From contig NC_134027.1 in NCBI RefSeq assembly GCF_964204645.1, positions 620,001 to 684,000 on the forward strand: DNA of 64,000 nt. The letters are read 5' to 3'. The stretch comes from Tubulanus polymorphus. Taxonomy: Eukaryota > Animalia > Nemertea. Both the position numbers and the translations under genes were made by a program. This document shows, piece after piece, positions 36,311-48,700 of the stretch (within the stretch, counting starts at the first letter, position 1; the number at the start of each line of letters is the position of its first letter). The notes beneath the pieces are model-generated. The model made no database searches, had not been told where the DNA came from, and saw only the letters and a program-made list of their open reading frames with translations.

Positions 36311-37184
36311 CTCTTGCCTCCCCTCCCTGAGGAACCTTGATCTTTCGTATATATTTGAATTCCCCAAGGGCCCATCAGCATAAGAAAAATTGAATGCGGA
36401 ATAGAATTGATTTTTTTACGCAATAGCCCGCAGCTACTAAAAGTCCCAAATGGGCTAAAAACTCTAAATTCTTCATACAATGACTAGGCAAACTGGACCG
36501 AGGGCAAACTTATTAAAATGCTTGCTTTATAACAAATTTGGCCTTTAAAATTCGACCATATATGAATAGATAAAATCACTGTTCATACTTCTATCAATAA
36601 CATTTTTAGTACTTTCTAAAGTTGACGACTTTGCTGTTGTTCATTCTTCCTCTGCATTTTTACTTTCTAAAGTTGATTCATTAATATACCGAATTTTTAT
36701 ACAATCTTCGCCGGCTCATCGGCTGACGACTTTGCTGTGTGATAAAATCACTGTTCATATTTATTTCTATGAATAACAGTGTCCGCCGGGGGGGGGGGGG
36801 GGGCGTCCACTTTCACTCGCATCAACGTTTGTTCTATTTGTCGATATCGATGAATCATCTGATTCTTCTTCGGTGGTTTTAATACTTTAATTTATTATGT
36901 CGATACAATGTGGTATAATTAATTTTAATGCAGCCCGATGATCGAATGCGTCTATTAGTTTAAAACAGACATCTGTTAAACAAAATACAATTCATTATCA
37001 GTTAAAAGGATATTTTATGGAAATAGTTACTACTACTTACAATGGGGAATTATTAATTTCAGCACCGCTCGGCAGTTGACGGCGTCTATTAGTTTATACA
37101 ACACGTCTGTAAAACAAAATACAATTCATTATAATCACGCGTTAATTACAGAACTAGTTTGAATTCTAAAGCAGTTTGTCTGAG

Positions 37185-37772
37185 GTGAACTCTTGCCTCC
37201 CTTCCCTGCGGAGCCACGACCACCGGAACTTTTCTTTTCCTTTTGTTTTTCTTTTTAGGCGGTGGCCGTGTCTGTAAAGAGAAAAAATTAAAAAATTTGT
37301 TGAGTATAAAATTAAACACGAGTATAAAAATTCAGAATGAGAAAACCAGCGATTCAGCAAATAAAACACCTATACGTAGTTAGGATATCGTGTCACAAGG
37401 TGGCGTTTAGGTATAGCTATGAGCAATCACCTTGACTTGGCCAGCTGTGCGTCCTTCGCTAGTTGCCTAGTGAGGGAATGATTGACTGCCCACAATAGCA
37501 GGACCCGCACCATCCCCAGCCCCACCACCATCCCTCCTCGGCCGCTTCCTATTTATCCCCTCCCCTTCCTCCCGATTACCTTCGTCAGCCGCACCATCCG
37601 CCGGGACCACTCTTGCTCCTCCTCCCTGCGGAGCCACGACGACCGCAACTTTTCTTTTCCTTTTTGTTCTAGTTTTTTTAGGCGGTGGTCGTGTCTGTAA
37701 AGAGAAAAAGTGAAAAATTTGTTTAGTATAAAATTAAACACTACATAAAAAATCAGAATGAGAAACCAGCGA
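37185..37772 (-). repeat. Two partial inverted copies of 3385-3715 (TRPPPKKTRTKRKRK exon and upstream intron)
   Basis: 37500-37772 is nearly identical to 3440-3712 reversed; 37190-37410 is a more diverged copy. Confidence 0.9.
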
Positions 37773-38109
37773 ATCTATTATCAGTTAGATAATTCACTAA
37801 AACTGACTCATTGTACTTAAAAACATCAAACTAGAATTATTATAACTTACTGGTAAAACCCGCCTTTCAAATGGCGTTGGCGCTCGAGTCGGGGCAGGAG
37901 CATTGGTATTCTAGAAAAAATGAAATTATTTCATATAAATGAAAAATATACAAATTCACAGAACACAATTTCATGCTACAGTCAGGCCGTAGAGTGAGAT
38001 ATATTGAATTAGTTACAACTCTAAAATGGGTGATGAATGTTTGAGCTCTAATAGCTGAAGTTCCTGGTTTCGCAGATACATTGGTACTGGTTGACGTTCC
38101 TGGTTTCGG

Positions 38110-39182
38110 TGATAAATTCTGTAAAGATAAAATATAACAAAATATTAGATGGATATTCATGAATGCATGTATCACTGATTCGGGTTTTCAATAAAAACTG
38201 ATTAACGAATGATAAGTTAATTTTGCAGCAAATTCTCCAACATTAGAACAAAACCAGTAGTTATATAGTAGAGGCTTTTGGGTCATGAAGCAAATTAAGT
38301 AGTAAATATAACACTTAATTTAAATGACAACTGTAGAGATAGCATCATTAATATATGACTTCTACGATGATGAGACTTAATCGAATTTGAATTTATGCAA
38401 AACAGCTACTGCCCTCTATTTTCAAATTACAAATTGAAATAAGCGTGATTTATTAGAAAATAGTTATCACTTACCGGCGTAGAAGAACCGCTCGGCGGCG
38501 TTGACGGCAAAAACTGAAAATACAATCAAAGACAATGTTAAAAACCTGATCTGATTTGTATAGTGTAAGTAAATGGTTGTGGGGTTCGGACCGTCTGCCC
38601 ACACGAGAACACCCGACCCTCGCGCTACTGCTGCATTTGACTGCTCGGTGCGTCTGAGGAGCCTTGATGGACAGAACACACCATTGATGGAATAATGGTT
38701 AATTCAGTCTAACCTCGTTAAAACTCTGTAAATGTGAGTTAAACTCATTGAAATTCCCTTATGTTTACCATGAGGTAACATTGAACTGGTTTTTCAGTTT
38801 TTCTCCACTCGTCTATAACGGGCTATCAATCAATATGGTCGAATGTGCAGAATGTTCCAGCTGATAAAAACTGGGTTCCAAAATAATCGGCCCTTTGCAT
38901 GTGATGATGCAAACGATCAGGCTGGGTGCACCCTGGTATAGATTTGACGATGCAGTAATGTATGACGGACATTACCTGTCAGTAGCAGAAGCAGGGTTTA
39001 ATATTCTATATATATAAATTTCGGTTTCAAGCTCAAGAATGATGACTTCAAACAGGCGTTTACGATAACTTACGTCAATCCCAGACATGGAAATGTTAAA
39101 ACGTTGTTGCATATTCTGTTGTTGTTGTTGTTGTTGAGTTCTCTATAAAAGAGAAAACATATTCATACAATGACAAGAAATA
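38110..39182. repeat. Segmental duplicate of 45505-45727 plus 50721-51603; the empty site of the 5-kb element
   Basis: Contiguous GACAACTGTAGAGATAG at about 38326-38342 is split in the other copy. Confidence 0.92.
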
Positions 39183-39783
39183 CTTTTATTCTGTAAAATT
39201 GACGGGATTTCGGGTGAACAGGAACCTGAAAATATGCATCTTTCAGGTCCAATGAAGCCGCCCATTAACCTCGGCGGAGACCTTGAATTACCTCCCTGTT
39301 TTAGTCATCGGAAGCCTCGGGATATCCAGGTGCCGCTCGAGGAATGACAGTCCATCGACGCCCTGTGGTTTTCAGGAGCATAAATTTTCATGAAAACCAG
39401 CCGGATGTGGCTTCGTCGCGTACTGGTTCTATTGCTCTCTTTTTGGCCAGATCTTTGAGAGCTGACGAGATTAGTGTCTCCTGATCTGCTTTCGGGCGCA
39501 TGTCGAGAGGTGTTCAGAATTGAAGACAGTAGCCTCCGTGATACGACCCGGGACCGACGGACCAGTGGCTGCCTGCTGCAGACAACCTCTCACTGGCCCC
39601 GAGCATTCATTTTGAGTTTCTCCGAGAGGAAGAGCTCCTTTTAGGAGCATTCCCTGATATGTACTAGAATTATTCTGACCAGAAGGGGCACGAGAATGTT
39701 GGAGCTGTGCACTTGTTCACCAACCTGCATTAGTAGCCGCTTGAGAAAGTACGGATGCTTGAGATGGCATTGTGTGAGTTCGG

Positions 39784-40007
39784 GCTGAACCTTGAGCGGC
39801 CGGAGCTGGAGCTAAACCTTGAGCTGCCGGAGCCGGAGCTGAACCTTGAACGGCCGGAGCCGGAGCTGAACCTTCAGCTGCCGGAGCTGGAGCTGGACCT
39901 TCAGCTGCCGGAGCCGGAGCTGAACCTTGAGCGGCCGGAGCCGGAGCTGAACATTCAGCTGCCGGAGCCGGAGCTGAACCTTGAGCTGTCGGAGCTGGAG
40001 CTGGACC
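39784..40007. repeat. 27-bp repeat x~8 in the DIRS gag C-terminal region
   Basis: CTGAACCTTGAGCGGCCGGAGCCGGAG units. Confidence 0.92.
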
Positions 40008-40321
40008 AGAACGCTTCTTTCACGGAGTCCGCATGGTTGACTTGAATCTGCACCTCTCGAATATTCCTCCGTTTGGTCAAAACTGGAGCACTCCAACCGG
40101 AGAAGAGACGCAAAGACGAACCTAGTTGAGCTCTTAATACTCTAGGTTCGACTGTGGCAATCGAGGATTCCAATTGTTCCACACCTAATCGAGCCCATTC
40201 TCTTGAAACTGCTGACGATTCACGCAAAATATTGAGATCAAAGTCCGGGGGGTGGGGGTGGTGGTGATTCACCGACATGGGGACCTGCCGAGGACTTAGC
40301 ACGAGTTTCTCCACATTTAAC

Positions 40322-40921
40322 AAACTAGATATTAACCCTTGACCAGTGAGTCAAGTAGAGAATGCAAAATTGTAATAGGGCTCATCCTCTGACCACCATA
40401 AATAAACCACAGTACAAGTATGAATAAAATTATAATCCTCTAAGCATCTACATCTTAGAGCAGTAACAAGCTCCAAATCGGCTATTCAAGACACTGATAT
40501 AACTGTGGTGGCCTACACACATCAAACACAGTAGAGTTCATCGATCCTTATGCCTTCAATCCACATAGCACGTGATAAGAAAATCAGTATAAAACTGTAG
40601 ATTGTACAGTGGAAAACAAGCTCCAAAATATAGCTATTTCACACATTAAAACAACCGTGGCGGCCATCTTGGATGACCTATATATGTCAAAAATAATAGG
40701 GCTCATCCATCTCACACCTCAAACAAACAAACCAAGTCACAAGAAAATCAATGAAAAACTTAAGTCTGTAGAGCGATAACAAGCTTCAAATGGCTATTTC
40801 ACACATTGCAATGGCTGTGGCGGCCATCTTGGATGACCTATATATGTCAAAAACAAACAGCCCGCCCGTCGGGACATAGGTGATTTTTTACCCCTTGCGT
40901 CCTATGGCTGAGGGGTAAAAA
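40322..40921. mobile_element. Helentron/HINE-like non-autonomous element nested in DIRS gag
   Basis: Begins AAACTAG, has internal ~160-bp subrepeats with GGCGGCCATCTTGGA, and ends in the palindrome TTTTTACCCCT...AGGGGTAAAAA. It sits in an A-run, and the gag frame rejoins across it (GDML/LLNVEK). Confidence 0.6.
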
Positions 40922-41173
40922 ATAGCATATCCCCTGCAGGCATGGCTAACCGTGTTACGAGCTTCTGTTGTGAGCGGCAACCCGAAGCTTATTGCTGCAG
41001 GAACTAGATCCTCGTTGAAATCAGATGCTACCCCTCAGAAATTCAGAGTCAGAATTCCGAATAACTGAACTTCTAACCGGGCAATCAAGAATAGGCTTAC
41101 CTGTAACTGCGGTAGCTTACAATGACAATAACATCTTACTTTCGAAATCACGGAAATCCCGATTATTGTGACG

Positions 41174-41411
41174 ACTTCCTAAACAGTCCCTCGATGTGAA
41201 AGACATGAACTTCCTAAAGGGTCCCTCGACGTGAAAGACATGAACTTCCTAAACGGTCCCTCGACGTGAAAGACGTGAACTTCCTAAACGGTCCCTAGAT
41301 GTGAAAGACGTGAACTTCCTAAACGGTCCCTCGACGTGAAAGACGTGAACTTCCTTAACGGTCCCTCGACGTGAAAGACATGAACTTCCTAAACGGTCCC
41401 TCGACGTGAAC
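41174..41411. repeat. 35-bp minisatellite x~7 within DIRS gag
   Basis: ACTTCCTAAACGGTCCCTCGACGTGAAAGACGTGA. Confidence 0.95.
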
Positions 41412-41549
41412 TGATGAATGATGAATCAATCATAATCTCTCGATCCATCCTCGATATCAGTGAAGGTGACCTTACTCCTGCGTCTGATAGAAGAGCGCCC
41501 TCTACCAAACCTAGAGCCATAATAACTATGTTTCAAATTCGAAACATTG

Positions 41550-42370
41550 ATGCCAGGCCGCCCGGACCAGACCGGATGTTCAGTACCTGATGATGCCTGG
41601 ACCGGACCGGACTGGATGTACAGTTCCCAGTGATGCCTGGACCGGACCAGACTGGATGTTCAGTACCCAGTGATGCCTGGACCGGACCGGACTGGATGTA
41701 CAGTTCCCAGTGATGCCTTGGCCGGACCGGACTGGATGTACAGTTCCCAGTGATGCCTGGACCGGACCGGACTGGATGTTCAGCACCCAGTGATGCCTTG
41801 GCCGGACCGGACTGGATGTACAGTTCCCAGTGATGCCTGGACCGGACCGGACTGGATGTACAGTTCCCAGTGATGCCTGGACCGGACCGGACTGGATGTT
41901 CAGTACCCGGTGATGCCTGGACCGGACCAGATGTTCAGTACCCGGTGATGCCTGGACCGGACCGGACTGGATGTTCAGTACCCAGTGATGCCTGGAATGG
42001 ACTGGTGCTCAAAGCTGCTGGACCGGACCAGATGTTCAGTACCCGGTGATGCCTGGACAGGACCAGACTGGATGTACAGTTCCCAGTGATGCCTGGACCG
42101 GACCGGACTGGATGTACAGTTCCCAGTGATGCCTGGACCGGACCAGACTGGATGTTCAGTACCAGGTGATGCCTGGACGGGACCAGATGTTCAGTACCCT
42201 GTGATGCCTGGACCCAACCGTAGCTTGAGGCCGCCCGGACCGGACAAGATGTTCAGTAACCGGTGATGCCTGGACTGGACCGGTGCTCGGAGGTGACCGC
42301 ACCGGACTGGATGTACAGTTCCCGGTGATGCCTGGACCGGACCGGTGCTCGGAGTAGCCCGGACCGAACC
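41550..42370. repeat. 40-bp (and 30-35-bp variant) minisatellite x~20 within DIRS gag
   Basis: GTGATGCCTGGACCGGACCGGACTGGATGTACAGTTCCCA. Confidence 0.95.
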
Positions 42371-44322
42371 CGAGTTCCTGTGCGATATCTGGGAAATACC
42401 ATTCGGACAGTGAACCAGCTGAACCATTGATTGACTGGTGACTGACCGGCACTAGAGAACCAGCGATCCTCCTCAGAGAATGGAGTTGGGAAACCAACCT
42501 TGCTAGTACAGCTGGCGACCGCTGTTACTTTCTGAAATAGAGACATCAATCGGTACATCGACAGAAACTGTACTTTCTGTTTCTGGGACTTCTCGGCCCG
42601 AACCCATAGATCTTCCGACCACAATCCGCAAGTCCAGGAAGGATTAACTCATATAACGCCCGATGTAGCCAAACAGGATGAACACAGAACGTAATCAGGG
42701 CCCGAACAGATGACCGCATCCCTCACGATGACGACGCTGGACTTTAGCAGGGAGCGGCATTATCGCATTCAAAATACAACAATTAAATATTCGGTTTAAA
42801 TATAACAGATATTTTAACGTTATAACTTACATAATATTATAACATACACGCAATTCAAGAAAGATGCACTGATTTGATTTGATTCAAACAAAAATAAAAT
42901 TCACGAGGGAACAAAAACAGAACAAACTCACTGCATAGAGAGTACAAGTGTCTCTTAAATTCCTAAATCCCTTAGAGACAAAATCAAACACCTTCTTATA
43001 AAAAACGCCAAGAAAAAGGATGGCTAAATGCAATACAGCAGAGCCGGGTCGTATAGAAAAACCGCTGGCGATCATTCAATCCAAATTGGCAAAAAACATA
43101 GGAAAGGGTCCGGTACTCGATGGAAATATGATATTGTATTTTGTCTCACACCTGACGTCACGGAGTTATGAAAACTAGTCACAACTTTAACCGTTTTAAC
43201 GCCATACAAAAAATTGAATGCGTTGAAATTGTATTTGAAGACTGAACTTACTTCTTGCTTGCAAGTCGGGAGGCGTCTCCGGCGGGAGGGGTGCGCTGCT
43301 GCTGCTGCTGCTGTTTGACAACTATAAATAGAAATAATATATAAATCAATGCAACAGAAAATGAACACAACAGGTACTGATTACACGGTAGTTCAGTAGA
43401 ATGAAGGGGTCTGGGTACAAAAACGTGTATTCTAAGATTATCAGTATATATTTTCTTGAGGAATTTCATAAAAATGGTTACATTAGGAGGGAAGTGAGGC
43501 ATGTGAGATTGAGGGCGTCACTGATACTTACATTTAGAGATGGAGAATGCGCAAGGCGACCGATATGACCCTAGAAATGAAAATAAAAAAAATACATTAG
43601 TCAAATTCATTAACGGTTGAATTTTTAAACATTTTCATTATGACGTTCATTAGTTCAAGGTGCTGGTTTTTTAGACAATTTCAATAAGAGAAAAGTATTC
43701 AGGTATAGCTAGCACTATATCAGGAACGTAGCTTGAAGCGGTTCAGGGGGGTTCGAAAATTCAGTTCCTTACAAAGAAAAATTAAAAACAGAAATGTTAA
43801 ACTTACAAATATTAAAATTTGTTCATTCAATCAAAACCTTGTTAATCAATCTCCCAGAGGCAATTTATCTGGGCACGTTTTCAAAATTTGTTTTGGTTAG
43901 GAGACCCCGTTCTGGTCCAGTCAAACGCTACGGACCTGTCTATGGCAATAGCTAATCAACATTGATATAATTATCACCGGTCGCTGTGGTCAATACACCG
44001 TGCATTGTTAAACTTGATAGGCGTTCATTTCCTGTATATGAGGGCGCTGCTGGTTACCTCGCTTCAGTATTAGGGAATAGATGGAGCCACTTGTCGAATC
44101 ATACTCGATTTATAAAGCTAACTCCACTGTATAGATGGCGCCACTCACCATGATTTCCACGGAAACTAGAATATATACTTAGTAAGCAGAATATGAGTGG
44201 GAAGGGTTTCAAGCGTAATATCAAAATATTGATTTGATCGGTTTAAAAATCTCCAAAACGCTTTCATTTCACAACAAAGTTAAACATCCGTTTTCTAACT
44301 TTACTTTATCACACGCCAAACA

Positions 44323-44635
44323 ATGGGATACCCGCAGTTTTACTGTGGCAATCGAGGATTCCACTTATGGCATGCGATGATCCACCAGGTGTCGCTAGTA
44401 AATAGTTGGTCGTCTGCGTTCGATTTTCTTGTACATTTCAATTAAATCTGAATGAATTGTTCTCTTAAATGAATCAATTATTAATGAAAACTAAACCGAT
44501 ATCAGAGTAGAAGAATGAAAGTATTTCTTCTTCAAACCAGTTCAAAGTTCATTGAAAATGAACTAATTTTGACAACGAACGACCTACTACTCGTTGCGCC
44601 ATCTGGTGGAATAGCTGGTTTTGCGGGTATCCCAT
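44323..44635. mobile_element. MITE with subterminal CTCF-like motifs
   Basis: TIR ATGGGATACCCGCA / TGCGGGTATCCCAT; inner inverted pair TCCACCAGGTGTCGC / GCGCCATCTGGTGGA. Confidence 0.75.
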
Positions 44636-45727
44636 ATATCAAATATCACACTTATGGCGCCATCTAACGGTAAAAGTAATACGCACAGGTTTTTAAACAC
44701 GGAGGATATTAATATAAGGTGACGAACACCTTTTAAACATTGGAACTAGGAAATACAACAGATTGATATCATACATTGACACGCGAGACCAAATACTCTT
44801 ATACAACAGACCCTTAACTCAAAAAGTCAATATGAAAAATAACAATTTCATTACATTTATCACAAATCTATTGATTCACAGCAGGTTCATATTTGCTGTG
44901 TTTTGATCTCATGGTTGTTGATCCAATTACAAGACCGATATCAATGTATGGTATATCAATATATTCTATCAAATAAAAATATTAATGTATTATTAAAATA
45001 TTAACGGTATAACTAGGGGTGCAGGGACCCACTTTGGAAGTGGTCTGAAATGCTCGACGATCTGACATTTTCAAATTTAACTCCCCCTGGTTTAAAAGGA
45101 ACCAAAGACATTGAAACTCACTACACATATACAGAACATGTCATGAGATTATTTATAACTTTATTTATAACTAGAGCAAAAACCTGCTCTATACTGATAT
45201 ATATTAAACTCTGATTTCAATGTAATATAACAACAACAGAATTGATCCTAAAGCGCTGATTTTGCCGGGGAAAAAAATGGTCATACAAGTCCGCCATCTT
45301 AATTCCAATTGTGCCAATATTTTGAGTTTGAGTAGTTTGAGTATATAAACCAATTATCAACACGATAAATCAAAAACTAGCCGAGACAACTGGACGCAAA
45401 GTGAACGCAATAACTATAGTCCCGAGTGAGATAAAAAATAAATTAGTTTGAACTTAAAATTCAAGATCAATGTTTAATGTCTTAGTCCACGTGCTGTATC
45501 GGTGATATGTTCTGTAAAGATAAAATAAAACAAAATATTAGATGGATATTCATGAATGCATGTATCACTGATTCGGGTTTTCAATAAAAACTGATTAACG
45601 AATGATAAGTTAATTTTGCAGCAAATTCTCCAAGATTAGAACAAAACCAGTAGTTATATAGTAGAGGCTTTTGGGTCATGAAGCAAATTAAGTAGTAAAT
45701 ATAACACTTAATTTAAATGACAACTGT

Positions 45728-48700
45728 AAGGGTGTATGCGACAAATAAGGAAAATACAGTTAATTTCCCTGTTTTCGGCTTAAATTTGAAGTAGATGAAA
45801 ACCTGTTTTCTTTGAATTGAAGCCACGGGAACCACTTAACCTCATTTTCAAGCCGGCTTAGAATTGGCGATGTTGGGTTATTATGTCATTGATTTGCACA
45901 AAACGGACACCAGTATAATCAAATTCCCATCCTCGATGGCAAGCGTTTCCAAAAACCCAGCAACAGTGAGTTCCGGGAACTCATTTTGACATGGAATGTC
46001 GGAATCCAAGCCTTCGATAATTTCCCATCTCCACCGTGACCCGATAGACTCAATTACTCAAATAATTTGCGGACCTCCCATTTTGACACGACATTAAGAA
46101 TTCAAAACCCGCCAAGGAATCGACCACGAAATTCAATTAATTCAATTTTTAATACATGAATAAAAGTTAACCGGTAGGAAATTATACGGAACAATTATCA
46201 TCTTACCCACGTACGTGTATATATATACCCAGCATTATAGATATTATTGAAGTTTTCAGTTAAACAAGCCATAATAGAATTTAGGTGACATGAACTACTA
46301 CCAAAAAATAAGCTTTTCATCTTATTCCTAAAGGAACTGGTTCAACACAAATCAGTTATCTATTTTGTTACTAGCATGCAAAGCAAAACATTCAAATGTT
46401 CAAAAACATTTAAATTTTTGATATATTCTAAATGTATTGTTTGCTTTTATTTCTATTAACGGAATTGATGAAAAAGTTGTTTAGCTGAATCGCAGTATCG
46501 TCTCGCAACTGGATCTTTTATGACACAGTGTATTATACTTTTTCCACTTTGGGGTTATTTTCTAAGTGATTCACAATACGCGAGCGGATAGTGATGGTGA
46601 TTGAATACTGATTAAAGATAAAATGTCAGCTCTTTAATCTGTATTAGTGTATATGCCCATATAATAGCTAGAAAGGACATATGCAGCAAATAATCACGAA
46701 TCTGAGGATGTTCAATGTATACACTGACTTTTAAGTGTTCTTAATATCCAGCAGTGATGTATAGTGTGTGTATTATTGAAGTCCGTGTCCATGTGCAATA
46801 GGTATTATCGAGTAGACGGAATGGCCTGGTCGCTTTCGGTCTATGTGGCTTTATGTTGTAATGTTACGGAATTATAAATAAAATGCTCTAGTATAGGCCT
46901 ACAAAGAAAGTCTTTATAGCGGTCAAATGCATGGTCTCGAAGAAAGAGTGAACCATGCGAAAGTTATTTACAAAATAATGTGAATTATCAGGCCATGGTA
47001 GTAGGCGGCATTGCAACTGATTCGAAATAGTCGTGTCATCATTAAGAAATATCACATTTAGATTAATAGTTTTAGCCGGTGCTCGTGGTAATTCTGATGC
47101 GAGAATGGTGTGATAAGATTAAACCAAATGATATTTTAATTTTCGTGTAGTGATAACAATTGGTCGTTTGATTCAGTTGTTCATTTTCTTGAAAATAGAA
47201 ACCCTTATAGAACTCAGATGGAAAATCTACTATGTTAATCCACTAGTTTAAGCAAGTTTCGTTTTATCTAAATAATATATTAATATATTTAGTGTAGTTT
47301 CGATCACAATGAGTTAAATTAGATATGATTATCATTGTTATGAGAATGAGGCAAATTAGGTTGGACTTATGATCGGACGTTCCGGTTTCATACAACAAAA
47401 CAAATAGAATGGATATTCTATATCATGAAAATATATCAAATATGTGAAACAGTTCGCATTGACACGATGCAGTGATATTAATGAGCTATTTGTTCTATTG
47501 ACGTTGACCATGAACATGAATAAAGGTACTTAAGTACCAGCAGAACAGTTTTTAGTCTTTGAACAGTCTAACTTAACTAAATGATATTTTCATTTAGGTA
47601 TCTGCTTACAGCGTTCTATTTTCTTGTTTTGAATAATTTTTTGTTTCATATTGGTAGCGACGTATTGGTTTGATGTCTGCTCGGGAATTCTATTACTGAC
47701 GAAATAGAATTACCTCCAGTTGAAGAATCAACTTATAGTATTTGAAAAAAAAGATTTTAACGCCTGATTCATAAGTCCTCATTCAATATCTTCTGATATC
47801 TGTCTCATAATCGGGTAAAGCATTTAGTATAGGAGCAAACCTCACGGGTTTCAAAGTCCTGAAATAGGCTTTTGAGATCGGAATCGCTGTCGCCATCTTG
47901 TTATCATTTTAATACCGTCAACATTATTTAGAGCTTATGTTCATCTCTTATTTATTTGGCGTGTCCCTACAAACCCACCACAACTGCCGGGACTGAATTA
48001 CGGGCTCAGAATTTGAAGTCAAAATTCGGGGTAACGAATATTCTATGTATGGATTATCGCAGATTCACTGAAATTTCAGTTTATATAAAATATCCAGTTA
48101 AGAAATTCCAGTTCAGTAAATAATTCCATTCAACCTGCACCAGCAAGCAACGATCTGGGGCTTTTAGTGTCGGCATTATATAGGCCTACATTGACATTCT
48201 GAAATAACTGAGCCATATTGACTGCATATTTTCTGCTCTCGTTTTCAACGAATAAATAGTCAGAAAGTTACTATTAACACATGACACTAGGCACGCTATG
48301 GTTAACATAATATTGAATTCGACCAGTCTACTGCGACACAGATTAAAGGTATCAGTAATGAAGACTAGTTATGAAAAATAGGGTCCGAGTGCTGACACCT
48401 ACACCCTAAATTCTAGTAAAGAAATTATTTTTTCATGTGGTCCAACCAGTATTTGATAAATCTATGCCAATGAACCTACAGAAAGATAGATCGCATAGGA
48501 AACAGTTTAGGTGATGGTCTCACTGTATAACCTATAGGGTTGCTAATGTTCACCTATTGATGACGATCGTTCAGCCGCTCTCAAGAGCTCTCAAGAATAC
48601 TTAGTTCTAATCCATCCCAAAATGAATTGGGCCATTTCTATTGAAGCCTTTTACCTTATACAAAAACAAGAGGATATCGCCATAGTTGCACCATGGGCTC

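Larger units (their letters stand above)
39200..43250 (-). mobile_element. Decayed, 3'-truncated DIRS1-like tyrosine-recombinase retrotransposon (gag plus N-terminal RT)
   Basis: The gag N-terminal Cys cluster from 42760 reads MPLPAKVQRRHREGCGHL.../DYVLCSSCL...WTCGLWSEDLW. The RT start at 39597-39343 reads PVRGCLQQ/...GYCLQF*TP...LKDLAKKRAIEPVRDEATSGWFS*KFMLLKTTGRRWTVI, matching the DIRS pattern PVGGRL..GY.L.F..LL.K.AIE.V..GFYS..F.VPK. The outer boundaries are uncertain. Confidence 0.8.

Noticed and set aside
39755-40045. Plus-strand (LNLERPEPE)n ORF as a gene
   Set aside because: It is the antisense shadow of a 27-bp repeat in minus-strand DIRS gag.
43120-43170. SGVRQNTIS similarity to one frame of exon 341-406
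   Set aside because: That frame is not the one supported by synonymous changes, so the match is likely chance.
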